DNA from: an uncultured Methanosarcinaceae archaeon
Lineage (GTDB): Archaea > Halobacteriota > Methanosarcinia > Methanosarcinales > Methanosarcinaceae
Length of the DNA: 64,000 bases
NCBI GenBank assembly: GCA_963727895.1
Contig: CAVSHT010000008.1
Location: 1-64,000, forward strand
Reading direction: 5' to 3'
The notes under the pieces: generated by a model
What the model saw: only the letters and a program-made list of their open reading frames with translations
Told to the model about the DNA's origin: nothing
The model's database searches: none
Made by a program: the position numbers and the translations under genes
Shown here: piece after piece, positions 11,645 through 21,553 of the stretch
Layout of the letters: every line of letters starts with the position of its first letter
Numbering within the stretch: position 1 is the first letter of the stretch

Positions 11645-12579
11645 TTAAGTCTTCTCGATGGCAAGAGGCTTGATCTCAGTACCAGGAACTATGGATTCTT
11701 CAGGTCTTCCGAACCAGGGAAGAGAGGCAAGTGCACCTATTACTCCGTTGCCGTCAAGCATGATTTCCACGCCGTTTTCTCTGGCGCATTGCAAAGCCTC
11801 GGATTTCAAGATTCTTTCAGTCCGACAGCGATTGCTGTAATTACATAACCCTTTTGCATAGAAATCCGAAAGAACCACCATTCCGGTTTCGGGCTGAAGC
11901 AGTGTATTTCTTAAGCGCTTTTTTGAAAGCATCTACCAGCCTTGATTTCGCTTTCTCATCCACACAACCGAATTCAAGTAACTGTAGACATGCAGTTCTG
12001 GGTCTTTTCCGGAACAGGGAAAAGCTGGACAAGAGAATGTGAGAGATAAACAGCTTCATGACAGTCCAGTTCCCTTGCAATATTATGAGTAAGAGTCCAG
12101 GTGGCACCTATTTCTTTTGAGTCAGTATCATCTATACCTATAAGGACACGGTCTCTGCGAGGAACTACAAGTTTTCCCCTTGCGCATTTTTCGCCCCCGG
12201 ATTGAGATATATCATAGCGAAGAACTCCATCTGCAAACGCTCTGCAACGAGTTGCGCCCACGCCTCCGCCTCCTAATCCAGCATAGGTGATTTCTACTTC
12301 ATCTCCCTGTACTATTACAGATTCAATACCTGCAGCTGCAATCGAAGGTTTGAGTTCGAGCTTTGAAGTTCCGATTTTCATGAAATAACGGATCATATTT
12401 CCTGTCGAACGGACTTTCAGGACAAGAGGAGCTTTTGCATAATGATAAAGGGACCAACAGGCCCCGCTATAACAATTAGAGTGTTCAATTATCTCTGCAT
12501 ACTCATTTGCTGCATCACAGATAGCATAAATGCCTTTATAAGGCACAGTATAAGGATCTTCCAGGATTACTTCCTTAAT
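11645..12579 (-). pseudogene. mmp11: Methanogenesis marker protein 11, split over three frames
   Basis: PYKGIYA...IIEHSNC, YAGLGGGGVGA, IGIDDTD..GATW, GVIGALASL across ORFs 11974..12546, 11841..12107 and 11645..11932. Confidence 0.8.
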
Positions 12580-12971
12580 ACCCCTGCTGTCCAGTACACA
12601 GGCGTTTATATGTTTTGTAATTCAGAAAACCTCCTTTTTAAGAGAATAATAAACTGGGAGGGAAATTTATTTAATCGAAATGCTCACCGTTTATAGATAT
12701 ATATAGATATCGTAATTATAGCAGTTCGATAGATAAAATCCAATAATACGGATGGCCGAATGACAGATTTTGTGTAAACAACATAGTCTTGGTATTTGAC
12801 TTATACCTATGAGAACCGACATCCACAGGTTCTAATTTTATAAATCATTCGCGCTCATGTGAGGTAACCTTTATAAAACAACTATTTATCTTTTTATCGG
12901 TAGGTTTGCTGACTTCTTTTTACGGAAATTTGAAGGAGACCTTGAAACCTAATTTGATTCACTGAAAAAGC

Positions 12972-13550
12972 TTAATCACTATGACTTTTTTTCAGTATCC
13001 ATGCCATATTTTGGCCAAGATTTTTCATATTGTCAATGCCTTCTTGATCCTGTTCTACTTCTCCGATAGCATTCCCGTAAGCCATATTCCAGTAACTTGA
13101 CCCTACCAGAAACATTTCCTTGCTATGTAAAAAATTGTTCAGGGTATTAAAGGCACTTATAGCACCGCCCCGACGAGCAGCAACAACTGAAGCTCCGACT
13201 TTATATTTGAAAAGCCCTCTATTTCCTGCAAGTACCATGCTTGCTCTGTCAATTAAGGCTTTCATTTAAGAAGTCACACCAGCTGAATATACTGGAGACC
13301 CAAGAATAATTCCGTCTGAAGCTACCATTTTTGCAAAACATTCATTAAAAAAATCATCTGTAATAATACATTGCTTATTTTTGTTTTTATGGCAAGTCCA
13401 GCAAGCTTTACATCCTTCTACTTTTTTACCAGATAGTTGAATAAGTTCGGTTTCAATGCCCTCTTTTTCTAGTTCCTCAAATACGGTTTGAATCAGAATT
13501 GCAGTATTGCCGTCTTTTCGTGGGCTTCCATTAATACCTATAACTTTCAT
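12972..13550 (-). pseudogene. Iron-sulfur flavoprotein (Isf/flavodoxin family) with an internal ochre stop
   Basis: GSPRKDGNT, CxxCxxC(5x)C, LGSPVY; in-frame TAA at 13266-13268 then MKALIDR...RRGG. Confidence 0.9.
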
Positions 13551-13773
13551 GTTCTTCAACTACTTTTTCGTATTTCTCAAGATGTTATTTTTACCTGTTA
13601 TTTTATTCTGATTTCCAATTACGGTAAGTTACTATAAGCGACTACTGAAAGTTTTTATGTTAAACTTCTATTGTGAACATCAAATTTTTCAATATTAAGA
13701 GTCTCTAAATTGAGTTTTTCTATATTGAGAGTTCTTAAATTGAGAATTTCTATTTTAAAGTCATAAAGTCATA

Positions 13774-14118
13774 TTATCTTACAAAGCCTTCATCTTTAAG
13801 GCTCACATATCTGCCTTCCCCGATAATAATATGGTCAAGGACGTCAATTCCAAGGAGTTTTCCTCCTTCTACCATTTTCTCAGTGACCATTATATATTCT
13901 CGGCTAGGACTTGGGTCTCCAGAAGGATGGTTATGAACCATGATTACTGATGCCGATGACTCCATAAGAGCGGACTTGAAAACTTCACGTGGATGAACAA
14001 TACTCGCATTCAAGCTACCGATAGATACGACTTCCTCTTCAATGATCTGGTTTTTTGTATCAAGGCAAAGCGTTATAAATTTTTCTTTTTTTGTTCGCGC
14101 ATTTTATGATACATTAAT
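13774..14118 (-). pseudogene. radC: 3' half of radC (JAB domain), interrupted
   Basis: LMYHKMREQK/FITLCLDTKNQII..VSIGSLNASIVHPREVF..HNHPSGD..LDHIII; no 5' half upstream; frameshift in an A-run at ~14090. Confidence 0.9.
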
Positions 14119-14149
14119 GTCTAATTTATATTTATTGGCAATACATCGG

Positions 14150-14965
14150 TTTTTCATAAGAGTTGTGAGGTCATGGATGTTTTCGTACAAGGATCTTTTT
14201 GAAGATGAAACCAAGGCTTCAAATTTGCCCGCCAAGCCCAAAACTTTGAAGGCTAAGGCAAATCATTAACCATCTTTTCTGAACCTGTTAGCACCTTATA
14301 TAGAAAGATAGCCTGTGCTCTCCCAAAAATAGTGTGGAAAAAAAGGAGTGAATGTTGGGGAAATTCCTAGAAACCCCAACGCTCAGAGAGTGCCGCAAGA
14401 AACCGGCGTTCATCAGGAGGAGGTGTGCGCAGAAAATCCAAAAACTCACACACCTCGTTTTGCTAGATACTTAAAGAGGTATAATAGGTATTATGCCATA
14501 CTATCTATAAATATTTATATATAAACATTCGCAGACTCTATACTATTTCGGCAAACCTCTCTAGACTGGCTGGTGGATTTGTCCCCGTGCCTTGCACGTA
14601 TATCTAAATATAAAGAGAGAAACAAAAAAACCAACTATTAAGGCTCGCTGATGGTTTTTAGGTAAAGTCTTGATTTCTTAACAGTCTCACGACCAACCAT
14701 AAGGTCTTTTACAACTCTTTTGAAAAATCTCCTTAAAAATCCAACCCTTCCACCGCTAGCGAAAACAATAATCTTGTCGCCGGCAATCTCCTTCCGGCGA
14801 CAAGAATGAAGTGCTATTATACTTTTGTTTAACTAATAAAAGTCAAAAAAGCGTTTTTGTTTGTCTGTCTGCTTGCTGTCTCTCGCACGTAACTAGTTAA
14901 TTATAAGGAAAAAGGGAAATTTTTCGTTTTTCAAGAGGGGGAGACTTTAGGAAGTTGTCTACCTC
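14150..14965. other. Highly structured non-coding region (candidate large ncRNA or origin)
   Basis: Long-range IR 14150-14166/14711-14727 (16/17) with further nested complementary blocks; local hairpins at 14222-14265, 14354-14380, 14420-14456 and 14772-14805. Confidence 0.5.
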
Positions 14966-15014
14966 ATTTTGTATGTTTTTGTGTTTTGTCTGTTTTGTCT
15001 GCCTTACTTGATTT

Positions 15015-15626
15015 TCATTCAAAATCAATACGGCAATCGTAGGGGTCCATAAAACGCACTCTCACACGCTCCCCCGTTCGGATTCCATACTGCTCCTCAA
15101 CAGGTGTGCAGGCATTGAAGCATTTAAATGATTTACCGTTAATGGTTTTTGTTACATACCCTCCGCCTGTAACCATTTGTATGAAAGAGTAGACAGTTTC
15201 TTCATCTATTGAAAATGGATCTAACTTATGGTTTCCCATTCTTTTAAATAGTATAGGTCGATTCTTTTTCTCTCCCCATTCATGTGCACAAAAAAGTTGG
15301 TTTTCTATGTTGTCTACACAAAACACAATCCTATAAGCTGCTTTGATAACACCTATGGCTGTTGCGTCCTGTTTTTCGTTTTCGTTGAGTTCATGTCCCT
15401 GCCCATCACATATGTCTAAGTACTTCTCATACTCGGCGTCTGCTATTGCAACATTTATCTCCTCTTTGAGGATCCTGTTATACTCTGATTCCTTCAAACC
15501 ATATGCTTTAATTATCTTTTTTAAGTTTTCTTTCCTGCTAAGATCTATGCGTGAAAATTCGGGAAACTCTTTTTTAATCTCCTCATACGACCTCAAATCC
15601 CAGTTGAATTGTCTCATTTCCTTCAC
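15015..15626 (-). CDS. Hypothetical protein (~200 aa), last gene of the element operon
   Basis: Clean ORF with globular composition and AAGGTGAAGGA RBS-like sequence; no family recognised. Confidence 0.8.
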   Translation of the reverse strand: MKEMRQFNWDLRSYEEIKKEFPEFSRIDLSRKENLKKIIKAYGLKESEYNRILKEEINVAIADAEYEKYLDICDGQGHELNENEKQDATAIGVIKAAYRIVFCVDNIENQLFCAHEWGEKKNRPILFKRMGNHKLDPFSIDEETVYSFIQMVTGGGYVTKTINGKSFKCFNACTPVEEQYGIRTGERVRVRFMDPYDCRIDFE

Positions 15627-15651
15627 CTTACAATATTCTATGACGTGTAGT

Positions 15652-15912
15652 TTAGGCTCTAATTTCAGCGTTCTTTGTTGTCCTGAGCAACTTACCCTTC
15701 ATTTTTCTAACTTCGGCTATTTTTCTTCCTTTCTCCCTCATGGCTTCACTTGCTTCACTTGGGTCTTTTCCAAGCCTAAACGCCCACAAAACACATTTTG
15801 AATCTTTTGCCCAAGGTCCAGCTGCACAGTGCTCTACATCAGAATAAGAGTTTGAGCAACAGTTTAAACAGTGTTTTCGAATAGTTTGAAGTAATTCAAA
15901 TTTGGTTGTCAT
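15652..15912 (-). CDS. Small Cys-rich Zn-finger-like protein of phage/mobile-element type
   Basis: IRKHCLNCC...VEHC...CVLWAFRLGKDP pattern; ATG 15912 follows GGAGG and sits 1 nt after the upstream stop. Confidence 0.75.
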   Translation of the reverse strand: MTTKFELLQTIRKHCLNCCSNSYSDVEHCAAGPWAKDSKCVLWAFRLGKDPSEASEAMREKGRKIAEVRKMKGKLLRTTKNAEIRA

Positions 15913-15913
15913 C

Positions 15914-16075
15914 TTAAATATCCTCCACAATTTTTGTTAAATGAATCGAATGCCTTGTTTTCGTTACCTGAAGAGTATCTCCTTCGTGCCAATTCATGTC
16001 GTCAAGGATTGCTTTTTCCAATGGAAGCTTGTGATCCTCACTACACTCATTTTTTTCAATCATTACTACATACAT
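15914..16075 (-). CDS. AbrB/MazE/SpoVT-like micro-protein (53 aa)
   Basis: Hand translation MYVVMIEKNECSEDHKLPLEKAILDDMNWHEGDTLQVTKTRHSIHLTKIVEDI; LP...W.EGD.L pattern; GGGTGA RBS. Confidence 0.7.
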   Translation of the reverse strand: MYVVMIEKNECSEDHKLPLEKAILDDMNWHEGDTLQVTKTRHSIHLTKIVEDI

Positions 16076-16079
16076 TTTA

Positions 16080-16244
16080 TCACCCTACAAATTTTGATAT
16101 TATAAGTGAATTACATTCTAATTTTATTGTGAGTTGTGTCTCATGTGTAATGTTCAATTTTTTAGTCATTCGTGAGGGTAACATTAGACTCATAGTACCT
16201 ATTGAGTTCGCTTTAACAGCATTTTTCACGACTAAATCTTGCAT
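16080..16244 (-). CDS. AbrB/MazE/SpoVT-like micro-protein (54 aa)
   Basis: Hand translation MQDLVVKNAVKANSIGTMSLMLPSRMTKKLNITHETQLTIKLECNSLIISKFVG; TTTATATA box ~25 nt upstream. Confidence 0.7.
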   Translation of the reverse strand: MQDLVVKNAVKANSIGTMSLMLPSRMTKKLNITHETQLTIKLECNSLIISKFVG

Positions 16245-16542
16245 ATGATCACTCAAAAATTTTTATTTATATATAAATATGTTTATATGAGTATATAAAT
16301 CTAATTGATAAATAAATAGAGTTACCGCTAACGATTCCTGTAACCTGCTGAAAAATATATGAATAAAATTTCGTTTTTTAAGTGCAACCGCGCCCGTAGC
16401 AGAAAAACAATAATTCCATAGGAACTCACGAAGATAATAAGATACACAATAATATCAATTGTTAAATGTATATATATTTATATATTTATCTATTTATATA
16501 TAACGTATGAACTATATATCTTGCAAAAGCAACATTTTGTAT

Positions 16543-16640
16543 AAAGTGTTTCCATTTAAAGGAATTAGATAACATGTCACGATCTTTGAGTTCCTTTTTA
16601 TTTTATTATATTCCTAGCAGATATTTTTTGCAACGGAACC
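16543..16640 (-). mobile_element. Diverged IS6 left-end remnant
   Basis: TIR ending at 16640 plus the first codons of the transposase, with several substitutions relative to the intact copies. Confidence 0.85.
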
Positions 16641-17716
16641 GTTTCTTCTATGATAAACCTCTTTGTTGTGAAATTTTTCAGGAAATTTTCATATGATAAA
16701 ACCGTTTCTTTCTTAACCGATGAAGAGGCTATCCTACTCTCTTTTTTTGATGAAAATGATCAGATCAAACTTCCTTCAGGTGGAACTCTTCATCATTTTA
16801 TGAAGTATAGGTTTGGAGAGGAAGGAATCAATGAAATAATTATGCTTTCAGGTGAGAAAATTCTCAAACTTTCTGTGGAAAAGGAAGCTAAGATCGATTC
16901 CACTCCACTTGAAGCTTCAAGATACGATAAACATGCTGATTACGATCCTCATTATGAATACAAAATGGATAAGGCACATATTACAATGGTTGGAACTCAC
17001 CCTGTTTTTATGACTCATACAAAAGGAGTTGCTGGTGACTCTTCCAAACTTATCAACCATATTAAAGCTCTAAAAAATATGAATGCTAATCTCAAATTGT
17101 ATTCTGCAGATGGAGGCTATGATTCATTCCTTAATCATTCTAACATTTGGTATCACCTAGCTGCAAAACCGATCATCTCCTACGCTTCAAATGCCGTAAT
17201 CAATCAAGAAGGTGAAGAGGAAAGAATCAATCACTGGGTAAATAAAAAATGGAAAATCGGTGGCGATGTTCATGCACCAATGGAAAACAAACTCAAATTT
17301 CTCTATGAGATTGGAAGAAAAGAACAGGTAGAAATGTACCTGAGAAACCAGAAAAATCAAAGATGAGGCTTTTGATGACCAGTATAAAAAGAGAGCTGAA
17401 TGTGAAAAATACATGGACATATTAAGTGTACAGTAAAATTCGATATTAGAATAATCAGAAATCAGAGTAGAAAACTCTACTCTCTATTGAGTTTCATAGC
17501 ATATCATTTGTATTCGGTTAAGGAATTTTATACAAAATTTTGAATACCACATATAGTGATTTTCCAGCTTGAATGTTACGATTTCGGCATGAAAAATAGC
17601 ACTTTTTGATGTTTTTTTCCTTAACCGAATACAAATGCATGGCATATCAACTACTGGTGTTGACAGAAATACAAAATAAAATTGGAAATCAGAATTCATT
17701 CGGGATATATTTTTAA
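16641..17716 (+). pseudogene. Methanosarcina DDE transposase (ISNCY, ISMac19-like from memory); 5'-truncated, frameshifted and MITE-interrupted
   Basis: KIDSTPLEASRY, SADGGYDS; frameshift at ~17352; C-terminus LLVLTEIQNKIGNQNSFGIYF resumes after the MITE. Confidence 0.8.
17505..17637. mobile_element. MITE (133 bp), probably IS4/ISH8-group derived
   Basis: 21-bp perfect TIR CATTTGTATTCGGTTAAGGAA; 10-bp TSD CATAGCATAT/CATGGCATAT (1 mismatch). Confidence 0.9.
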
Positions 17717-17891
17717 AGAAGTGAGCATCAAACTAGATTAGGAATTTTAAAAGCTAATTTAAGATCCTTTAGTATCATAAACTCAAATAGCAATATTTAA
17801 GAGTAAGACTTGTATCATAATCAATAATATGATATTCAAATAGTCACTATCATCGAATTTAATTAATTTTTTAAACCGAATAAGTGATAAT

Positions 17892-18416
17892 ATGTCAGTG
17901 GTTCCTAAAGAAAACCTTTGCAGTTATTCTCACTGCTCTTCCAGATGAATACAATGAAGTTCGTAAACACTTAGTAAATGTGAAGAAAGAATCTGACATT
18001 TATGGAACTATCTATGAAAGAGGAGTATTTTCCTTTAAAGGTCAATCCATGGAAATTGTGATCGCTCAGATTGGCGAAGGCAGTGAACAGGCAGCTTTGG
18101 AAGGAGAAAGAGCAATTCGATATTTCAATCCAAGTATTATACTTTTTGTAGGAGTAGCTGGTGGAGTTAAAAATGATGTAAAACTTGGTGATGTGGTAGT
18201 TGCTAGTAAAGTTTATGGATATGAGTCGGGAAAAGCTGATAAAAGCTTTGAACCACGACCTCAACTAATGTTGCCGAATGCTAATATTTTAAATGAAGTA
18301 AGATCCCTAACTCGAAATGATGATTGGTTACAATATTTTGGTGATCAAGTTCCTAATCCATCTCCTAATGTATTTGTCAAACCTATTGCTACTGGTGGAA
18401 AAGTAGTAGGCTCATC
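17892..18416 (+). pseudogene. MTA/SAH nucleosidase (PNP_UDP_1) domain protein, 3'-truncated by IS6
   Basis: AVILTALPDEY, GTIYERG, LFVGVAGG..DVKLGDVVVA..VYGYESGK, IATGGKVV; the likely ATG at 17892 is out of frame with the domain. Confidence 0.85.
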
Positions 18417-19273
18417 GGTTCCGTTGCAAAAAATCTTAGAATAAGCCTGTAAATCTATGAATAATGAATAAAAGTTAAAATATTCAAAAAGATATGTCAA
18501 TATTATAGAACTATTCCAAATAATTGATTAATATATTTAGCTTCATTAAAGCCAGAGTAATTTAAGTTCTTGATTTGTCCTTTTTTAATCATATTCATCG
18601 CTTCAATTCCTTTTAAAGTTTTAATGGCTGTATGAAAAGACTGAAATCCTAACATTGGATTAACTATTCGTTTAATGGATCTATGATCCTGTTCTATAAT
18701 GTTATTCAAATATTTGATTTGTCGAATGCCTACGTTTATAGGTAGTATTTTATCATTTTTCAGTTTATCTATAGCAGGTGGATAAGCTGGATTTTTGTCA
18801 ACTGTGATTACTCTTGGAATTTGATTATGATTAGAGTTCAAAGCTTTTTTGAAGAATCTGTTCGCTGTTTTTTTATTTCGTTTTGCACTTAACATGAAAT
18901 CAATTGTATCTCCATTTGAGTCAACTGCTCGGTAAAAATATTTCCATTCACCTTTAACTCTGATATAAGTTTCATCAACTCTCCAAGAGTCGTTTGTTGG
19001 TCTTAAATGCCTTCTGACCTTCTTTTCGATTTCAGGTGAATATTGATGTACCCATCTCATAATGGTTGTATGGTTGACTATTATCCCTCTTTCTGCCATC
19101 ATTTCCTTTAAACTTCTATAACTAAGTGGGTATTTTAAGTACCATCTAACATTCAATAAAATAATTTCACCTACAAAGTGCTTCCATTTAAAGGAATTAG
19201 ATAGCATATCACTATCTTTGATTTCATTTTTATTTTAATTATATCCTTAGCAGATATTTTTTGCAACGGAACC
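18417..19273 (-). mobile_element. IS6-family element copy 3, transposase 18503..19207
   Basis: TIRs and intact transposase; no TSD. Confidence 0.97.
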
Positions 19274-19321
19274 AGAAATATACTTTCTAATAGTATATAA
19301 CTATGTTTAAGTATCAATACC
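19274..19321 (-). mobile_element. 48-bp IS1 left-end remnant
   Basis: Nearly identical to the IS1 end at 39036-39083 (AGAAATATACTTTCTAATAGTATATAACTATGTTTAAGTATCAA..CC). Confidence 0.9.
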
Positions 19322-19422
19322 AAAAATCTTAACTGAGAAAATCAACAGGGAAAAGAGATTTTTGGAAGAATATTTTTCTCATAAGGCAAATTCTTTATAA
19401 TTCTAACCTAAATTAATTTACA

Positions 19423-20940
19423 ATGTTTACTATAGTCCAAGAATTAAGGTCTTTTTCAGTTCTGTTTTTTCTTTCAGTTCTTTTTATCTTTTTTATTTTT
19501 CCAGTACCTTCTTCTGGATTGACAGAAGCGGAAGTAACTCCTGTTAATACACCTCAAGGAGCAGTCGTATTGATCGTAGATGGTCTGAGCGCTCCTTTTA
19601 TCTATCCAGAGCTCACACCGCATGCTCTTGATGGAACGCCCCTTGAAAAAGCAGAACTTGAAAATATACCAAAAATAGCTAAAGAAAGTGTTAGAGTTCT
19701 GGAATTTCGTGCTCTTCAAACTTTTACCGAAGGAGGACATTCAGTTCTTGTCACGGGGAATCCCGGTGCAGACAGTGAGCTTGTAAGCTTCAAAGACGCA
19801 ACAATTTTCGATGTTCTACACAAAAACGGCTATCTCTGTATTGCGGTTATGGAAAAAGGCGATTTTGGGTCAATGTGTGCTGAGCAGGATATTATCCTTA
19901 AAGACGAAAACAACTCGATAAACAACATGAAAATAGTTCTTGAGCAACATGCAAATTCGCCTGATATCAGAATACCTGATGGACTTGTAGATATTCTAAA
20001 AAACGCAGCCAATGAGGCTCCAGAATATGTGAATTCAAAAGAGACGCGTGAAAAATATAGTGGATACGACAGATGGGGAATCGAAACTGCTTGCGATGTT
20101 ATCAAGTATATGACTAAAAACAATCCAGATCATAAGTATTTGCTGACTGTCAATGTAGGAGCTGTAGATTCAAGTGGACACCACAGAGATAATTATGGGT
20201 ATATAGACTGCATTGAATGTCTTGATTCTGATATTTCTCCACTTTATGATCTCTGCAAGAAAAATAATCTTGCTTTTGTACTGACAGCAGACCATGGAAT
20301 GGGTTTTTCTAAAAACAATTCCAAAGGTGGGCATCAATCCGAAAAATTCACGAAAACTGATGAAGCACAGATGATTCCCCTGATAGTACATACTCAGGAC
20401 GTCAAGAACGAGATCCTCAAGAGTAAATGTAGTCAGGAAGATTTTGCTCCAACGCTGCTTGGAATTCTTGATATTCCAGACAGACCAAGGTTTGTAGAAG
20501 GAAAACAAATCCTCCTGACAGATCACGTAAATCTTATGGTAAAATTTCCAGAAAAGGGCTCTGCAGAACTCAGACAGGATGGAAATGTTATAGCTTCCCT
20601 GAAAAATGATGATCAGTTCCTTTTCCTTGGACTTAAAACTGGAAGTACTTATACAGTCAGGTCTGCACTTGATTCCGGAACCAGCCTTGAAGAACAGGAA
20701 AAAAAGCTCACTCTTGAAACCGACTCAGTAATGGAATTTACTGAAAAAGAACAGAAAAACAAAGAAAACATAGAATTGTCGTCATCTTCTGACAAAAACT
20801 CAACTTTTACGGCAGGTCTTGTTAAAGGTAACTCTGAACCTTCAAGTTCAAATTTAAAACATTTTCTTGGATATTTTGTAATAGGAATGGTCAATCTTGT
20901 GGGTTTTGTGATGATCGCAAAAATTCTGAAAAAAAGCTGA
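19423..20940 (+). CDS. Membrane-anchored alkaline-phosphatase/sulfatase-superfamily metalloenzyme
   Basis: Signal peptide, LIVDGL, DSSGH, LTADHG, GGH, DFAPTL and a C-terminal TM helix. Confidence 0.85.
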   Translation: MFTIVQELRSFSVLFFLSVLFIFFIFPVPSSGLTEAEVTPVNTPQGAVVLIVDGLSAPFIYPELTPHALDGTPLEKAELENIPKIAKESVRVLEFRALQTFTEGGHSVLVTGNPGADSELVSFKDATIFDVLHKNGYLCIAVMEKGDFGSMCAEQDIILKDENNSINNMKIVLEQHANSPDIRIPDGLVDILKNAANEAPEYVNSKETREKYSGYDRWGIETACDVIKYMTKNNPDHKYLLTVNVGAVDSSGHHRDNYGYIDCIECLDSDISPLYDLCKKNNLAFVLTADHGMGFSKNNSKGGHQSEKFTKTDEAQMIPLIVHTQDVKNEILKSKCSQEDFAPTLLGILDIPDRPRFVEGKQILLTDHVNLMVKFPEKGSAELRQDGNVIASLKNDDQFLFLGLKTGSTYTVRSALDSGTSLEEQEKKLTLETDSVMEFTEKEQKNKENIELSSSSDKNSTFTAGLVKGNSEPSSSNLKHFLGYFVIGMVNLVGFVMIAKILKKS

Positions 20941-20990
20941 AAATAGAAACCGTTGAGCCGGTTTATCATGTCGACAATGATGTTTTCGCT

Positions 20991-21013
20991 CAAGCCTTTT
21001 TTCAAAAGGCTTG
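20991..21013. terminator. Hairpin between convergent genes
   Basis: CAAGCCTTTT-TTC-AAAAGGCTTG, perfect 10-bp IR. Confidence 0.55.
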
Positions 21014-21289
21014 TTATAAATCGTATACATTTCCACGGGCTTCCTTTAAAGTAACATCAACATTTTCCACATGAGCAAACATAGGTCCTTTCCTGAGTTC
21101 ATCTATATAAAGTTCCACAGCTTCAGGTCTGCCTTCGGCAATGACAAAAACCCTGCCATCTCTTAAATTTCTGGGGTTAGATTCTACACCCAGACGCTGG
21201 GCTGCAGTTCTTGCAAATTTTCGAAAACCTACGCCTTGTACCCTTCCGGATACAAGTATTTCCGCCCGTACAGTTTCTCCATAGGTCAC
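21014..21289 (-). CDS. acyP: Acylphosphatase
   Basis: VSGRVQGVGFR and RNLRDGRV motifs. Confidence 0.95.
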   Translation of the reverse strand: MTYGETVRAEILVSGRVQGVGFRKFARTAAQRLGVESNPRNLRDGRVFVIAEGRPEAVELYIDELRKGPMFAHVENVDVTLKEARGNVYDL

Positions 21290-21553
21290 AGAAGGCTATT
21301 TTGAATAACTCTGATATATATTTATGGTTATATCGGCTGTTTTTAAAATGAAAGTATTTTTTGGATGTAAAATACTATACAAATAGATTACTGAATGTGG
21401 AAACGACACTAAAAAAAGATATTGATATTGAATTGATAGAATGAATAATTCTAGAATAAGAAAAAGTAAGGTTTAATCAAAAAAATTCATCATAGAACCT
21501 AATCGGAGATGTGATTAATCTTCATCCTGACTACAATTTCAAATTTTAGCACT

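Larger units (their letters stand above)
14119..18416. mobile_element. Remnant of an integrative element or genomic island inserted in radC
   Basis: Abrupt junction within radC; small AT-rich mobile-element-type genes, transposase debris and a defence-type effector fragment; no integrase in the window; far end lost at IS6 copy 3. Confidence 0.6.

Noticed and set aside
13266..13268. Pyrrolysine read-through in the Isf gene
   Set aside because: The stop is TAA, not TAG; it is probably a CAA>TAA nonsense mutation
14042..14269. 75-aa plus-strand ORF across the radC junction
   Set aside because: Partly antisense to radC, no RBS or motif, and overlaps the fold-back arm
14150..14727. Retron msr/msd or group II intron interpretation of the fold-back
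   Set aside because: No reverse transcriptase in the window and no recognisable intron domain V; cannot be fully excluded because the island is truncated
15343..16248. Plus-strand ORFs 15343..15801 and 15934..16248
   Set aside because: Antisense to the better-supported minus-strand operon
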